DNA from: the human T2T-CHM13v2.0 reference genome, Homo sapiens
Strand: one strand, 5' to 3'
NCBI RefSeq assembly: GCF_009914755.1
Contig: NC_060930.1
DNA length: 64,000 nucleotides
The first letter of the stretch is position 1. Every line of letters starts with the position of its first letter. Both the position numbers and the translations under genes were made by a program. A model generated the notes under the pieces. That model did no database searches. It was given only the letters and a program-made list of their open reading frames with translations, and was not told where the DNA came from. Of the stretch, positions 1-18,960 are shown piece by piece.

Positions 1-155
<155 letters not shown>

Positions 156-284
156 TAGTAGAGACAGGGTTTCGCCATGTTGGCCAGGCTGGTCTCAAAC
201 TCCTGACATCAGGTGATCTGCCTGCCTCGGCCTCCCGAAGTGCTGGGATTACAGGCCTGAGTCACTGTGCCCGGCCCATTTTCT

Positions 285-442
285 TTTTTTTCTTTTTTTT
301 TTTTTTTTATTATACTCTAAGTTTTAGGGTACATGTGCATATTGTGCAGGTTAGTTACATATGTATACATGTGCCATGCTGGTGCGCTGCACCCACTAAT
401 GTGTCATCTAGCATTAGGTATATCTCCCAATGCTATCCCTCC
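285..442 (-). mobile_element. L1HS Ta-subfamily, extremely 5'-truncated (3' UTR end plus poly-A)
   Basis: Minus strand reads GGGATAGCATTGGGAGATATACCTAATGCTAGATGACACATTAGTGGG...CCCTAAAACTTAGAGTATAATAAAA, with the Ta-diagnostic ACA and the 3' G. TSD CCCATTTTCT at 275-284 and 443-452. Confidence 0.9.
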
Positions 443-1229
443 CCCATTTTCTATTTTTAGAAGAATCAGGCTTTCCAGATTTTGGTCAGTTCCTAGTTCC
501 AAGAACTGATCAAAGTTAGCCACCAGATGGAGCTCAATCTTATCTTAACTCCATCCCCAGCTTGTTCTTTAAAAGACAAACTGGAAAGGCCTTTTTTCTC
601 CTTTATGCTAGTTTCCAAAGCACATTTCCTATAAATAATCACATTTAGGAAGGGAAAGGACAAAGGGGAAAACTATTAAACTTATCTATCCACATGATTC
701 AGCAAAACTGTCAACTCCGCAAGGCAAGACTTAGAACCCATCTGTGTAGCCAGTGAGAACTCTACACCCATTCCCAGCCTTATCCTGCTGCCAAACCATA
801 CCACAGTGTGTCAGGGAATAAGAGCTACTTTTCCTTGCTTGGTCCTAAATGGATTCACTCGTTTGTGTGGGGTTTTTTTAAGTCAGTAAAGGAAAAATTC
901 AGAACTCCAAAAAAGTCTCTATATAGTTTACATAAGATGATATTGGTGATAATTAGATACTAATCACATTAATTTCTCAGATTCACTGCTCTTGAGGACT
1001 TCTTTTCTTGAAATATATGAAAATTCAGAACTCTGAAGAAAAAGAGGGACCTGATGATAAAGAGACCTGATTCCCTCATTTATACCTGAGATAATGGATG
1101 GTATCACTAACAAACCAACTTTTCATTGATCAACTAAGCACTGAGAGCCACACCTCTTCTATTCTCTAAAAATAATTACAAAGATGAGCATGCAGAATGT
1201 GTTATGACAAAGAGCAATATATAATTTTA

Positions 1230-2978
<1,749 letters not shown>

Positions 2979-4462
2979 CTTGGGCCGGGCACGGTGGTTC
3001 ACGCTTGTAATCCCACCACTTTGGGAGGCCAAGGTGGGTGAATCACTTGAGGTCAGGAGTTCAAGACCAGCCTGGGCAACATGGTTAAACCCCATCTCTA
3101 CTAAAAATACAAACATTAGCTGAGCATACTGGTGCATGCCTGTAGTCCCAGCTACTCAGGAGGCTGAGGCAGGAGAATCACTTGAACCTGGGAGGCAGAG
3201 GTTGCGGTGAGCTGAGATCATGCCACTGCACTCCAGCCTGGGTGACAGAGTAAGACTTCGTCTTAAAAAAAAAGTTTTCTTTGAGCAGGGTGCAGTGGCA
3301 CACACCTGTTTTCCTAGCTACTCAGGAGCCAGAGGCAGAGGATCACTTGAAGCCAGGAGTTTAAGGCTGTAGAAGGGTATGATGGCATATGTGAATTAGC
3401 CACTGCACACCAGCCTGAACAACATAGTATAGTAAGACCCCCATCTCAAAAAAAAAAAAAAAAAAAAGGTAATTACTGACAGGTGGTAGAGGTAGGGAGT
3501 GTTTAGATAATGGAAAAGCCTAGCCTAATAACACAGCCTAGTAGACGGTCTTAAAGTTTTCAGCCCCAATTAAACCTAAATAGATTAAAATATCCAATCA
3601 TTTCTTGCATATCAGAGACACACTCAGTACAAAAGGACATAATCCTTTTTCAGCCACAGACAGACAAATGGATTAGGCATAAGAATAAAATCTAGGTCAG
3701 TCACAGTGGCTCATGCCTGTAATATCAGCGCTTTGGGAGGCGAAGGCAGGCAGATCACTTGAGGCCAGGAGTTCAAGACTAGCCTGGCCAACATGGCGAA
3801 ACCCCACCTCTGCTAAAAATACAAAAATTAGACAGGCATGGTGGCACATGCCTGTAGTCCCAGCTACTCAGGAGGCTGAGGTGGGAGAATCACTTGAACC
3901 CGGGAGGCGGTAGTTGCAGTAAGCGAAGATTGCACCACTGCACTCCGGCCTGGGCGACAGAGTGAGACTCCATCTCAAAAAAAAAAAAAAAAAAAAAAAA
4001 AAAGAATAAAATCTGGGCCAACTACAGTGGCTCCTGTAATCCCAGCACTTTGGGAGGCCAAGGCGGGTGGATCATTGGAGGCCAGGAGTTCAAGATCAGC
4101 CTGTCCAACATGGCAAAACCCTGTCTCTATTAAAAATACAAAAATTAGCCAGGCCATGGTGGCTCATGCCTGTAATCCCAGCTACTCCAGAGGCTGACAC
4201 ATGAGAATCACTTGAACAAGGAGGCAGAGGTTGCAGTGAGCCATGATCACGCCACTGCACTCCAGCCTGGGTGACAGAGTAAGACCCTGTCTCATAACAA
4301 ACAACAGAAAAAAGAAAAAAAACGGCCAGGCACTGTGACTCACACCTGTAATTCCAGCACTTTGGGAGGCTGAGTGGGGCAGACCACAAGGTCAAGAGGG
4401 AAACCATCATGGCCAACATGGTGAAACCCCATCTCTACTAAAATACAAAAAATTAGCCAGGC

Positions 4463-5985
<1,523 letters not shown>

Positions 5986-6399
5986 CACGAACAGCTGAAG
6001 TGGCAATGTTTAAGTAACATCTGGTAGACTTTAACATGAATGTTATTAAGCAGGAAATTATGATCTTTTAAGTTGGAACATGTAATGTTAATCCTTTTGC
6101 ACCAAAATATCTCTTTAAGTCTAAATTATCCACTTTTTTTTTTAATTCTTCGTAGAGATAGAGGTTTCGCTTTGTTGCCCAGGCTGTTCTTGACTTCCTA
6201 ACTTCAAGCAATCCTTCTGCCTCAGCCTCCCAGAGTGCTGGGATTATAGGCATTTGCCACCGTGCCTGGTGTACCCAGTTTCTGTTATCAACAGAATGCA
6301 GTGGTGTATGGTTGCTAAAGGGTCCCAAGATCAGGACCTACGTTAAGGTGGATTTTGAATTATTTAAAATTCTGATTTTGTTTTATTTTTAATTAATCT

Positions 6400-6570
6400 T
6401 TGGGGGAAGGATGGGAGGGGGGTGAGGGTTGAAGAAGTAAACATTGTACCTATTGGATACAATGTTTAATATTTGTGTGATGGGCACACTGGAAGCCCAA
6501 ACCTCACTATTACACAATACATTCATGTAACAAGCCTGCACATGCACCTCCTGAATCTATTTTTAAAAAT
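6400..6570 (+). mobile_element. Old primate L1 (L1PB/L1PA13-16-like) 3' end; target of the EIF3E retrocopy
   Basis: GGGCACACTGGAAGCCCAAACCTCACTATTACACAATAC..CATGTAACAAGCCTGCACATGCACCTCCTGAATCTA matches L1 3' termini. Confidence 0.7.
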
Positions 6571-6577
6571 TTAATTC

Positions 6578-8063
6578 TCTAGCACAGACTCCCTTTTTTT
6601 GGTAAGATGGCGGGGTACGACTTAACTACTCGCATCACGCACCTTTTGGATCGGCATCTAGTCTTTCCGCTCCTTGAGTTTCTCTCTGTAAAGGAGATAT
6701 ATAAAGAAAAGGAATTATTACAAGGTAAATTGGACCTTCTTAGTGATGCCAACATGGTAGACTTTGCTATGGATGCATACAAAAACCTTTATTCTGATGA
6801 TATTCCTCATGCTTTGAAAGAGAATAGAACCACAGTTGTTGCACAACTGAAACAGCTTCAGGCAGAAACAGAACTAATTGTGAAAATGTTTGAAGATCCA
6901 GAAACGACAAGGCAAATGCGGTCAACCAGGGATGGTAGGATGCTCTTTGACTACCTGGCGGACAAGCATGGTTTTAGGCAGGAGTATTTAGATACATTCT
7001 ACACATATGCAAAATTCCAGTATGAATGTGGGAATTACTCAGGAGCAGCAGAATATCTTTATTTTTTCAGAGTGTTGGTTCCAGCAACAGACAGAAATGC
7101 TGTAAGTTCACTCTGGGGAAAGCTGGCCTCTGAAATCTTAAAGCAGAATTGGGATGCAGACATGGAAGACCTTACATGGTTAAAAGAGACCATAGATAAT
7201 AATTCTGTGAGTTCTCCACTCCAGTCTCTTCAGCAGAGAGCATGGCTCGTTCACTGGTCTCTGTTTTCTTCAATCACCCCAAAGGTTGTGATAATATTGT
7301 TGATCTCTTCCTTTACCAGCCACAGCATCTTAATGTGTCCACACATTCTTCACTATTTGACTACAGCAGTCATAGCAAACAAGGATGTTCGAAAACGTTG
7401 GCAGGTGCTAAAAGATCTAGGTAAAGTTACTCAACAGGAGTCTTACACATATAAAGACCCAATTACAGAATTTGTTGAATGCTTATAGATTAACTTTGAC
7501 TTAGATGGGGCTAAGAAAAAGCTGAGAGAATGTGAATCAGTGCTTGTGAACGACTTCTTGGTGGCTTGTCTTAAGGATTTCATTGACAATGCCCATCTCT
7601 TCATATTTGAGACTTTCTGTCACATCCACCAGTGTATCAGCATTAACATGTTGGCAGACAAATTGAACATGACTCCAGATGAAACTGAAAGGTGGATTGT
7701 AAATGTGATTAGAAATGCAAGACTGGATGCCAAGATTGATTCTAAATTAGGTCATGTGGTTATGGTAACAATGTACTCTCACCCTATCAGCAAGTGATTG
7801 AAAAGACCAAAAGCCTTTCTTTTAGAAGCTAGATTTTGGCCATGAATATTGAGAAGAAACTTAATGACAATAGCAGGTCAGAGGCTCCTAACTGGGCAAC
7901 TCAAGATTCTGGCTTCTACTGAAGAAACATAAGGAAAAGATTTTAAAAAAACTCTAAAAGAAAGATGAAATAATAAAACTATTATATAAAGGGTGACTTA
8001 CATTTTGGAAACAACATATTGAGTGTAAATTGTGAAGAATTGGAATAAAATTGACTGATTCAA
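6578..8063 (+). pseudogene. EIF3EP1: EIF3E (Int-6) full-length processed pseudogene
   Basis: [32 protein letters not shown]... from 6607; frameshift after about codon 219; original stop TGA 7920-7922; AATAAA at 8044. 13-bp TSD AAAAATTTAATTC at 6565-6577 and 8064-8076 after a TTTT/AA site. Confidence 0.95.
6643..6685 (-). CDS. KHDC1: KHDC1 second coding exon (43 nt), antisense within EIF3EP1; encodes (E)[13 protein letters not shown](R)
   Basis: Acceptor ttttctttatatatctcctttacag| and donor AAG|gtgcgt. Phase 1 start matches the phase 1 end of exon 1. The peptide continues the recalled KHDC1 long-isoform sequence ...[21 protein letters not shown]... Confidence 0.85.
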
Positions 8064-8386
8064 AAAAATTTAATTCACAAAAAAATTTTAATCCTTTTGA
8101 GCTAATTATAGATTCACATGTAGTTGTAAGAAGTTACAAAGAGGCTAGGTGCAGTAGCTGACGCCCATGATCCCCGCACTTTGGGAGGCCGAGGCAGGCA
8201 GATCTCTTGAGGCCAGGAGTTTGAGACTAGCCTGGCCAACATGGCAAAACCCCATCTCTACAAAAAATTAGCAAAGCATGGTGGCACATGCCTGTAATTA
8301 CAGCTACTTGGGAGGCTGAGGCATGAGAATCACTTGACCTGGGATTACAAGTGTAATCCCAGCCATAGGCTGGGTGCAGTGGCTCA

Positions 8387-8796
<410 letters not shown>

Positions 8797-9335
8797 TTAC
8801 TTTAACATACATTTATGGATCTATTGTCTCTTTCCCTGTTCTAAAACTTTAAATTTCACAAGAATGAAGATTTTGCTGTCTTGTTTCCTGCTGTGTCCCC
8901 AGCATAAACAGCATAAAGAAGTGCCATAAGATAGAAATTTTTGTTTTCTGTTCACCAGTATATCCACAGCACCTAGAACAGCATCTGCTTTAGACTTATT
9001 AGATGAAGACTTAAAAAAAAAAGGAACAGCACTTCTGCACATATTTAGCACTTGATACATATTTGTGGAATAATTTCTATCATAACTAGCAGCTACTTCC
9101 TAATTTGATATGTAGCATCCCGTATTAACAGGACTTTTGTGAATGGAGAGGACATCTATTTATTCTTTGTTATGTGCCAAATATATTTGTATTAATCATA
9201 ACTCTTAATATTCCTTTAAAATTAAATAATTGTTTCCACAGCTCTTAAAATAGAATTTAGGAACCTAGCAACATGCCACTCATCCATTAACAGTGATAAA
9301 TTATTTAATTTTATAAACTTTTCATTAAAGTAACT

Positions 9336-10056
9336 GATATAGTTTGGATATGTGTACCTGCCCAAATCTCATGTTGAATTGTAATCCCCAGTGTTGGAGG
9401 TGGGGCCTCACGGGAGTTGACTGGATCATGGGGGCAGCTTTCTCATGAATGGTTTAGCACCATCCACTTGGTGCTGTTCTCATGATAGTGAGTTCTCATG
9501 GTGTCTGGTCATTTAAAAGCATGTGGCATGGCTCACACCTGTAACCCCAACACTTTGGGAAGCCAAGGTGGGCAGATTGCTTGAGTCCAGGAGTTAGAGA
9601 TCAGCCTGGTCAACATAGCAAAACCCTGTCTCTCTGAAAAATATAAAAAGTCACCAGGTGTGGTGGCACACACCTGTGGTCCCAGCTACTTGGGAGGCTG
9701 AGGTGGGAGGATCACTTGAACCGGGAGTTGGATGTTGCCATGAGCCAACATCCCAGACACTGCACTCCAGTCTGGCGACAGAGCAAGACCCTGTCTCAAA
9801 ACAACCACAATAACAAAAAGCTGTTGACACCTCCCCTGCAACTTCTTGCTCCTGCTCTGGCCATGTGATGTGCCTACTCCTCTTTCATCTTACACCATGA
9901 TTGTAAGTTTCCTGAGGCCTCCCCAGGAGCCAAGCAGATGCCAGCATCATGCTTCCTGTACATCCTGCAGACTCTAGAGCCAATTAGACCTCTTGTCATT
10001 ATAAATTACCCAATCTCAGGTATTTTTTTTACAGCAATGCAAGAATGCACTAATAA
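9336..10056 (+). mobile_element. MST-family MaLR solo LTR interrupted by an Alu (9529-9820)
   Basis: TGATATAGTTTGGATATGTGTACCTGCCCAAATCTCATGTTGAATTGTAATCCCC start; ATAAATTACCCAATCTCAGGTATT...ACTAATA end. Confidence 0.85.
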
Positions 10057-10138
10057 CGAATCTAGGTCGGGCACAGTGGCTCACGCCTGTAATCCCAGCA
10101 CTTTGGCAGGCCCCAGGCAGGAGGATTACTTGAACTCA

Positions 10139-10984
<846 letters not shown>

Positions 10985-13029
10985 CTACTCAGGAGGCTGA
11001 GGCAGGAGAATCACTTGAACCCAGGAGGCAGAGGTTGCAGTGAGCCAAGATCATGCCACTGCACTGTAGCCTGGGTGACAGAGTGAGACTCCATCAAAAA
11101 AAAATTAAACACACACATACACAAATCTAATGTATCAGATATCCTTAAATGCTTCTAACACTGAAAATGAGATGAATATCACAACTAGAATGGTTATCAC
11201 ATTATACATAAGTGGGTTGCAAAAACTGATTTTATTATACACGTATACTTTTTAATTTACATTTGGATTCAAACTTTTTTTATTATACACTCCTGGCATA
11301 TGTAACATTCAGATAGTTCTCTTTCTAGCACTATGATAATCTCATCAGATCCCAAGAGTTGGGGAGGAGGACTTGATTTCAGACTATCCAGTTTGCAAAT
11401 CCACATCACATATGCCTTTACGAATTATTTTGAATAGGTAGTATGCATTACACAAACACTATACAGTGAAGTCTTTTTCAACCTCTCTCAGTTAATTATA
11501 TCTTCTCAAAACTATTCTACGCAAACACAAAGACATATGTACTATATGTTTTTGTTTTTGTTTTGAGACAGAGTCTCACTCTGTCACCTAGGCAGAGTGC
11601 GGCAGTGCGATCTCAGCTCACTGCAACCTCTGCCTCCTGAGTTCAAGCAATTCTCCTGCCTCAGCCTCCCAAGTAGCTGAGATTACAGGCACGTGCCACC
11701 ATGCCTGGCTAAATTTTGTACTTTTAGTAGAGATGAGGTTTTGCCACGTTGGCCAGACTGGTCTCAAACCCCTGACCTCAGGTGATAGGCCCACCTCGGC
11801 CTCCCAAAGTGCTAGGATTACAGTCATGAGCCATCATTACCAGCCTACTATATATATATTTTTTAACACTGTATACAATACACACAGTTTGCACCTTTTT
11901 TTTCTTCATTTAATAATGTATCTTGAGGATTGTTGCATTTGGCACTTCATCTAAATACAAATTATTTTTTCTCCCACTAAAATATAGATTTCATGATGAT
12001 GAGCACTTATCTTTTCACTGCTTTTTATTTTTAAATGTGTTTTTCTGTTGTTTCATGAATATTTAGTTTGTATGCTATCTTTTGCCTTTGTCAGTAATGC
12101 TGTTGCAATCAATATCCTTGTACACGTCAATTCTTACAAGTAGGAGTATAAATACAGGATGAAATTCCAAACGTAGATTTGCTGTGTCAAGGGGTGTGTA
12201 CCTTTCCAATTGATAAGGTATTGCCAAATGTCTTCCCATTGAGGTTGAACCAATTTATATACTCACTAGCCTTGTTGCTAACATTATAACACAAGAAGCA
12301 TTAAAATTGATTTTTGAACAAAATCAATGTATATGCTTTTAAGTGTTCTTTCTTTTTAAAAAATCATTATTGGAAAATGCAAGCAGGAATACATGGCAAG
12401 CAGAGCCCATGCAATGGCCAGAATTCCTACAGCAGAAATGACTTCAACATTTGTTTATAAAGATTTTCTCCAAATGATTTGTTGAAATAACTTGAGTCTT
12501 CAAGGTTTAATTTTCCAAATGTTGGCTCAAACCTGCACTGAAATTCTGGCCTACGGTGTCCTAGCAAAAATCTCCCTTTGCAAGATGCTGAGGTATATTG
12601 GCAAAACCGCAGATCACATGACTCCGGGAGTTTGAGACCAGCCTCGCCAACATGGTGAAATCCTGTCTCTACTAAAAATACTAAAATTAGCCGGGCATGG
12701 TGGGGCATGCCCGTATTCCCAGCTACTCAGGAGGCTGAGACAGAAGAATCCTTGAACCTGGGAGGCAGAGGTTGCAGTGAAGGTGACAAAACGAGACTCT
12801 GTCTAAAAAAAAAAGTAGAGGTCAAGGCAATCATTCCTAGGGACCAGGTAGAACCCAACTGGAGAGGAAGATGACACAATTCAACATGCTATGGAGGAGG
12901 GAGAGTAGGTTTTATCCAGGATCACATGGGACAAATGCAAGGACAGGCTCAAGTTTCCCACATGCAGCATTTCTCAATCCCATTTTCCTTGGCAAGAGTT
13001 CTTCCCATTACTAGGCTATTCCAATATAG

Positions 13030-13383
<354 letters not shown>

Positions 13384-13649
13384 TAAGATGTTATTAGAGA
13401 CAGGATTCCGCTCTGTCACCCAGTCTGGAATGCAGTGGTACAATCATAGCTCACTGCAGCCTCCAACTACTTAGCTCAAGCGATCCTCCCGCCTCAGCCT
13501 CTCAAGTAGCTAGGATTATATGGAGGAGCCACAGCCTGGGAAATTTCTAAGTAAACATATACTATTACACTCCTTACGGGGAGGAAGAGGAGGAGTGTGG
13601 GATGTCGAAGACAGAGGATGCAACTTGTAGAGAGTAAGTGAATGAAGGG

Positions 13650-14470
13650 GGAATTCCGGCAAGGAATTGCCGACTTGAGGCTGACTTCATCTTTCAGGGT
13701 CCACGAGGCTGGTGTCAGACCTATTGGGAGACCCTCTGCGTTAGTGAGAAAAACGGCAAGAAATGGGAGCACGCGGAAACCTCCAAGACTAGAGCCACCA
13801 GATGCCACCGACAGCACGCAGCTGGACCAGCACGGGGGAGGGCCTTCGTGGGTCGAGAGCTCGCTCGGGAGATAGTTGGTGCTTTTCTTTCAGGAGAAGA
13901 ATCCCTGGCGGAGTCTGACCGTTCTCTGGCGCACAGCCCCGGGGGTGGGCACAGCAGCCGCCCCTGCTGAAGGGACTGACGCCTCCGACGACCAGCAGCC
14001 AAGTTAAACGCACTGTTCCGTGAGCAGCTTTGTTGGAGACAGCGCGGTTCACATTCTCTTCCAACGGAGCCGCTGACTGCGGAGCTGGGAGGGGACGTGA
14101 CAGAACCCAGCCATCCAACGTCCCCCCACCCCTCCCCAGCTGGGACCTCCGGCTGCTTCCGGGCTGCGCTGGGTGGCGTCAAGGAGCCGCCCCTCTGGGC
14201 CGCGTCCCTCCCTCACGCCCTGCACACTGGCCCTGTGTGGCCGGCGGGGCCGCCTAAAAGGGCGGAAGGATGCAGGGGCGGAGGGGGCTCGGGATTGCAC
14301 GCCTAGCTCAGACCCCCCAGCCAGGACCCCTCGCGCTGTTGGACACGCCAGCCTCCCGACCCTGCGGCTCCTACGGGAGGTGACAAGGACCCTGCCAACC
14401 TGGCCTGAATGGCCCAGTTTGATACAGATCAGGTTTTCAATGAATGAGACCGCGGTGTGGTCTAGGCGGA
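13650..14470. promoter_or_regulatory. Non-repeat CpG/GC-rich island inside KHDC1 intron 1
   Basis: Many CG dinucleotides and GC boxes in unique sequence, against AT-rich, CpG-depleted flanks. Confidence 0.6.
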
Positions 14471-15695
14471 GGGATGAGAGGAGGGGATTCTGCTGGGATA
14501 AGTGGGGGCGGGGTAAGGAGGGGATTCTTTTCCTGGGCTGAGGAGAACGCAGGGACAAAGTACACAGGGGTAGTTGAGTGAGCAGGTGAGGCCCTAGGCT
14601 GGTTCCCCACCTTCTCAGGATCGGAGCCACTCACTTCCTGGTACTCTCTGCAGTCTCCTGGCGTTAAATAACATCCCTTTGCTGGAGACTCTGGATTCAC
14701 ATCCATAATCGCAGCCTCCCCTACTCATCCCCTCACGCTTCCCATGAACTAACCTTGAAGGACCCGACCAGAGCCCTGACCTCCGTCCCACACACCTGCT
14801 ACATGGAAGGTGTTCTCCACATCAGTTCAAGGCAGTGTCACTCTTCAGGATGTTCAGGCTCTAAACCTTGGACTCCTCCTCCAGATTTCTCTCTCCTTCC
14901 TTCTCCTTGTCTCTCCCTTGCACTTACGGTTCACTTTTCCTTCGTAGCTTTGTAGCTCATTCCCCCTTCCACTTTCCACACCACCTTCTGGTCTGTTAAT
15001 TAAATATTACCTGGTTTCCACTGACACCTTCCCTGGGTTCCCAATTGAAAATCACAACATCATCCTCCTCCTCTGCTTTTTTTCTCCAAATTATATCCTC
15101 ACCCAATTATGTGTTATTCTCATTAATCTTGCTTAATTAATTAGCAGACATTATTAATGCCTGTTTCCCCTATCACCACCACTAGACTATGAACTCCTAA
15201 GGACTCCTTCCTTCCACCACTGTTGTACTCGCTTCACCTAGAACTGCTTGGCACATACAATGTGCTCCATAAATATTTGTTGAATGAAAGACTAGACACA
15301 ACTTAGGATTCACTCCCCCATGTGGCATCCATAAGCCCTGTATGCAGGTAAAATGTCAGTGGGTTGACTAAATACTGGAAGTGGAAAAAACTTCACCTCT
15401 TTGGTTTGCAGTTGTCTAGGATATTTAGGCCAATGGAAAATCCAGTTTTCCTTAGAATTAAGCCAGTGCCGCCAGACTTGCCAGTTTACCATGCTTGTCT
15501 GACTGGTCCTCAGCATGGGTCATACGTGTCCAATGAATTCAAACAAAATCTTGAGAAGACACGAACCTTGCCCTTCGGCTGGGCGCGGTGGCTCACGCCT
15601 GTAATCCCAGCACTTTGGGAGGCCGAGGCAGGCGGATCACGAGGTCAGGAGATCGAGACCATCCTGGCTAACATGGTGAAACCCCGTCTCTACTA

Positions 15696-15908
<213 letters not shown>

Positions 15909-16980
15909 CTACACAGAGTTTTGAACAGGCATTTTAAAATCAACAATATATTATTTACAATTTTGTTAGTATACATAACTCTAACTCACTGTTAAAAATC
16001 ACCTGTCTTTATATCCATTAAATGACACTTGCATATGCTCCAATTTTTCACTAATGATTTCGAGAGCATTCTGGGACACAGGTGTCTGGACCTTTCATAA
16101 GTAAACAGAATTCCTAGCGACGGAATTGTGTATGCAGTATGGAAACACCTTATAATATACTGTCCTGGATATTGTAAAGGTGAACCAACATTCTGTTAAA
16201 TTTAGAGCAAGTTGCAGAAAACTATATGATACTTAATTCTGTGCTATATGTATAATGGTTTCTTAGGGTTTTTTAAATTTTTTTTTTCTTAGAGACAGTG
16301 TCTCACTCTCTTGCCCAGTCTGGAGTACAGTGGCACAATCACAGCTCACTGCAGCCTCGACCTCCTAGGCTCAAGTGATACTCCCACCTCACCTCCCAAG
16401 TAGCTGGGACTACAGGCATGTGCCACCATGTCCAGCTAACTTTTTTTTTTATATAAGAGAGAGGGACCCCACTACGTTGCCCAGGTTAGTCTTGAACTCC
16501 TGGGCTCAAGCAATCCTGCCTCAGCCTCCCAAAGTGCTGGCACTACAGGCATCAGCCACTGCACCCTGTCTGCTGCCATATATAATGTACATTTTAAGAA
16601 CTCTATATAGATTCATTTATGTATATGTTTAGAAAAAAATTCTGGAATGGGCTGGGTGCAGTGGCTCACACCTGTAATTCCAGCACTTTGGGAGGCCGAG
16701 GTGGGCAGATCATGAGGTCAGGAGTTTGAGACCAGCCTGACCAACTGGTGAAACCCCACCTCTACTAAAAAAATACAAAAATTAACTGGACATGGTGGCA
16801 CACACCTGTAATCCCGGCTACTCAGGAGGCTGGGGCAGGAGGATCACTTGAAGCCAGGAGGTGGAGGTTGTGGTGAGCCGAGATCGTGCCATTGCACTCC
16901 AGCCTGAGCAACAGAGCGAGACTCTGTCTCAAAAAAATAGATAAAAGAAAAGAAAAGAAAATCTGGAATGAATCAAAATA

Positions 16981-17392
16981 CAGTCATGCATCATTTAACA
17001 GGGATTCATTCTGAAAAATGCACTGTTAGGAGATTTCATAGTTGTGCAAACATTATAGAGTGTACTTACACAAACCTAGATTGTATAGCCTACTATACAC
17101 CCAAGCTATATGGTAAAAGCTTATTACCCCTAGGCTACAAACCTGTATGGCATATTATACAACTGAATCCTGTAGGCAACTGTAATACAATGGGTAGTAC
17201 TGTACCTTTTATAGGACTGGCAGTGCAGTAGGTTTGTTTACACAAGCATCATGCCAAACACTTCATGTGTTGTGCTGTCACCATTCTGATGGTTACGACG
17301 CCACTGTTATAGGAATTTTTCAGTTCTATTATAGTCTGATGGGACCATTATTGTATTTGAGGCCCATCATTGACTGAAATGTCATTATGTGA
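16981..17392 (+). mobile_element. Tigger3-family DNA transposon fossil
   Basis: CAGTCATGCATCATTTAACAGGGATTCATTCTGAAAAATGC...GAGTGTACTTACACAAACCTAGA matches Tigger3/MER7. Confidence 0.75.
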
Positions 17393-17394
17393 TA

Positions 17395-18960
<1,566 letters not shown>

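Noticed and set aside
6579-6782. 67-aa antisense ORF as a standalone gene
   Set aside because: Only the 43-nt splice-bounded part matches KHDC1; the rest is intronic.
15310-15516. Trp-rich 68-aa minus-strand ORF in unique sequence
   Set aside because: No recognisable homology and no convincing splice pair; cannot support it as an exon.
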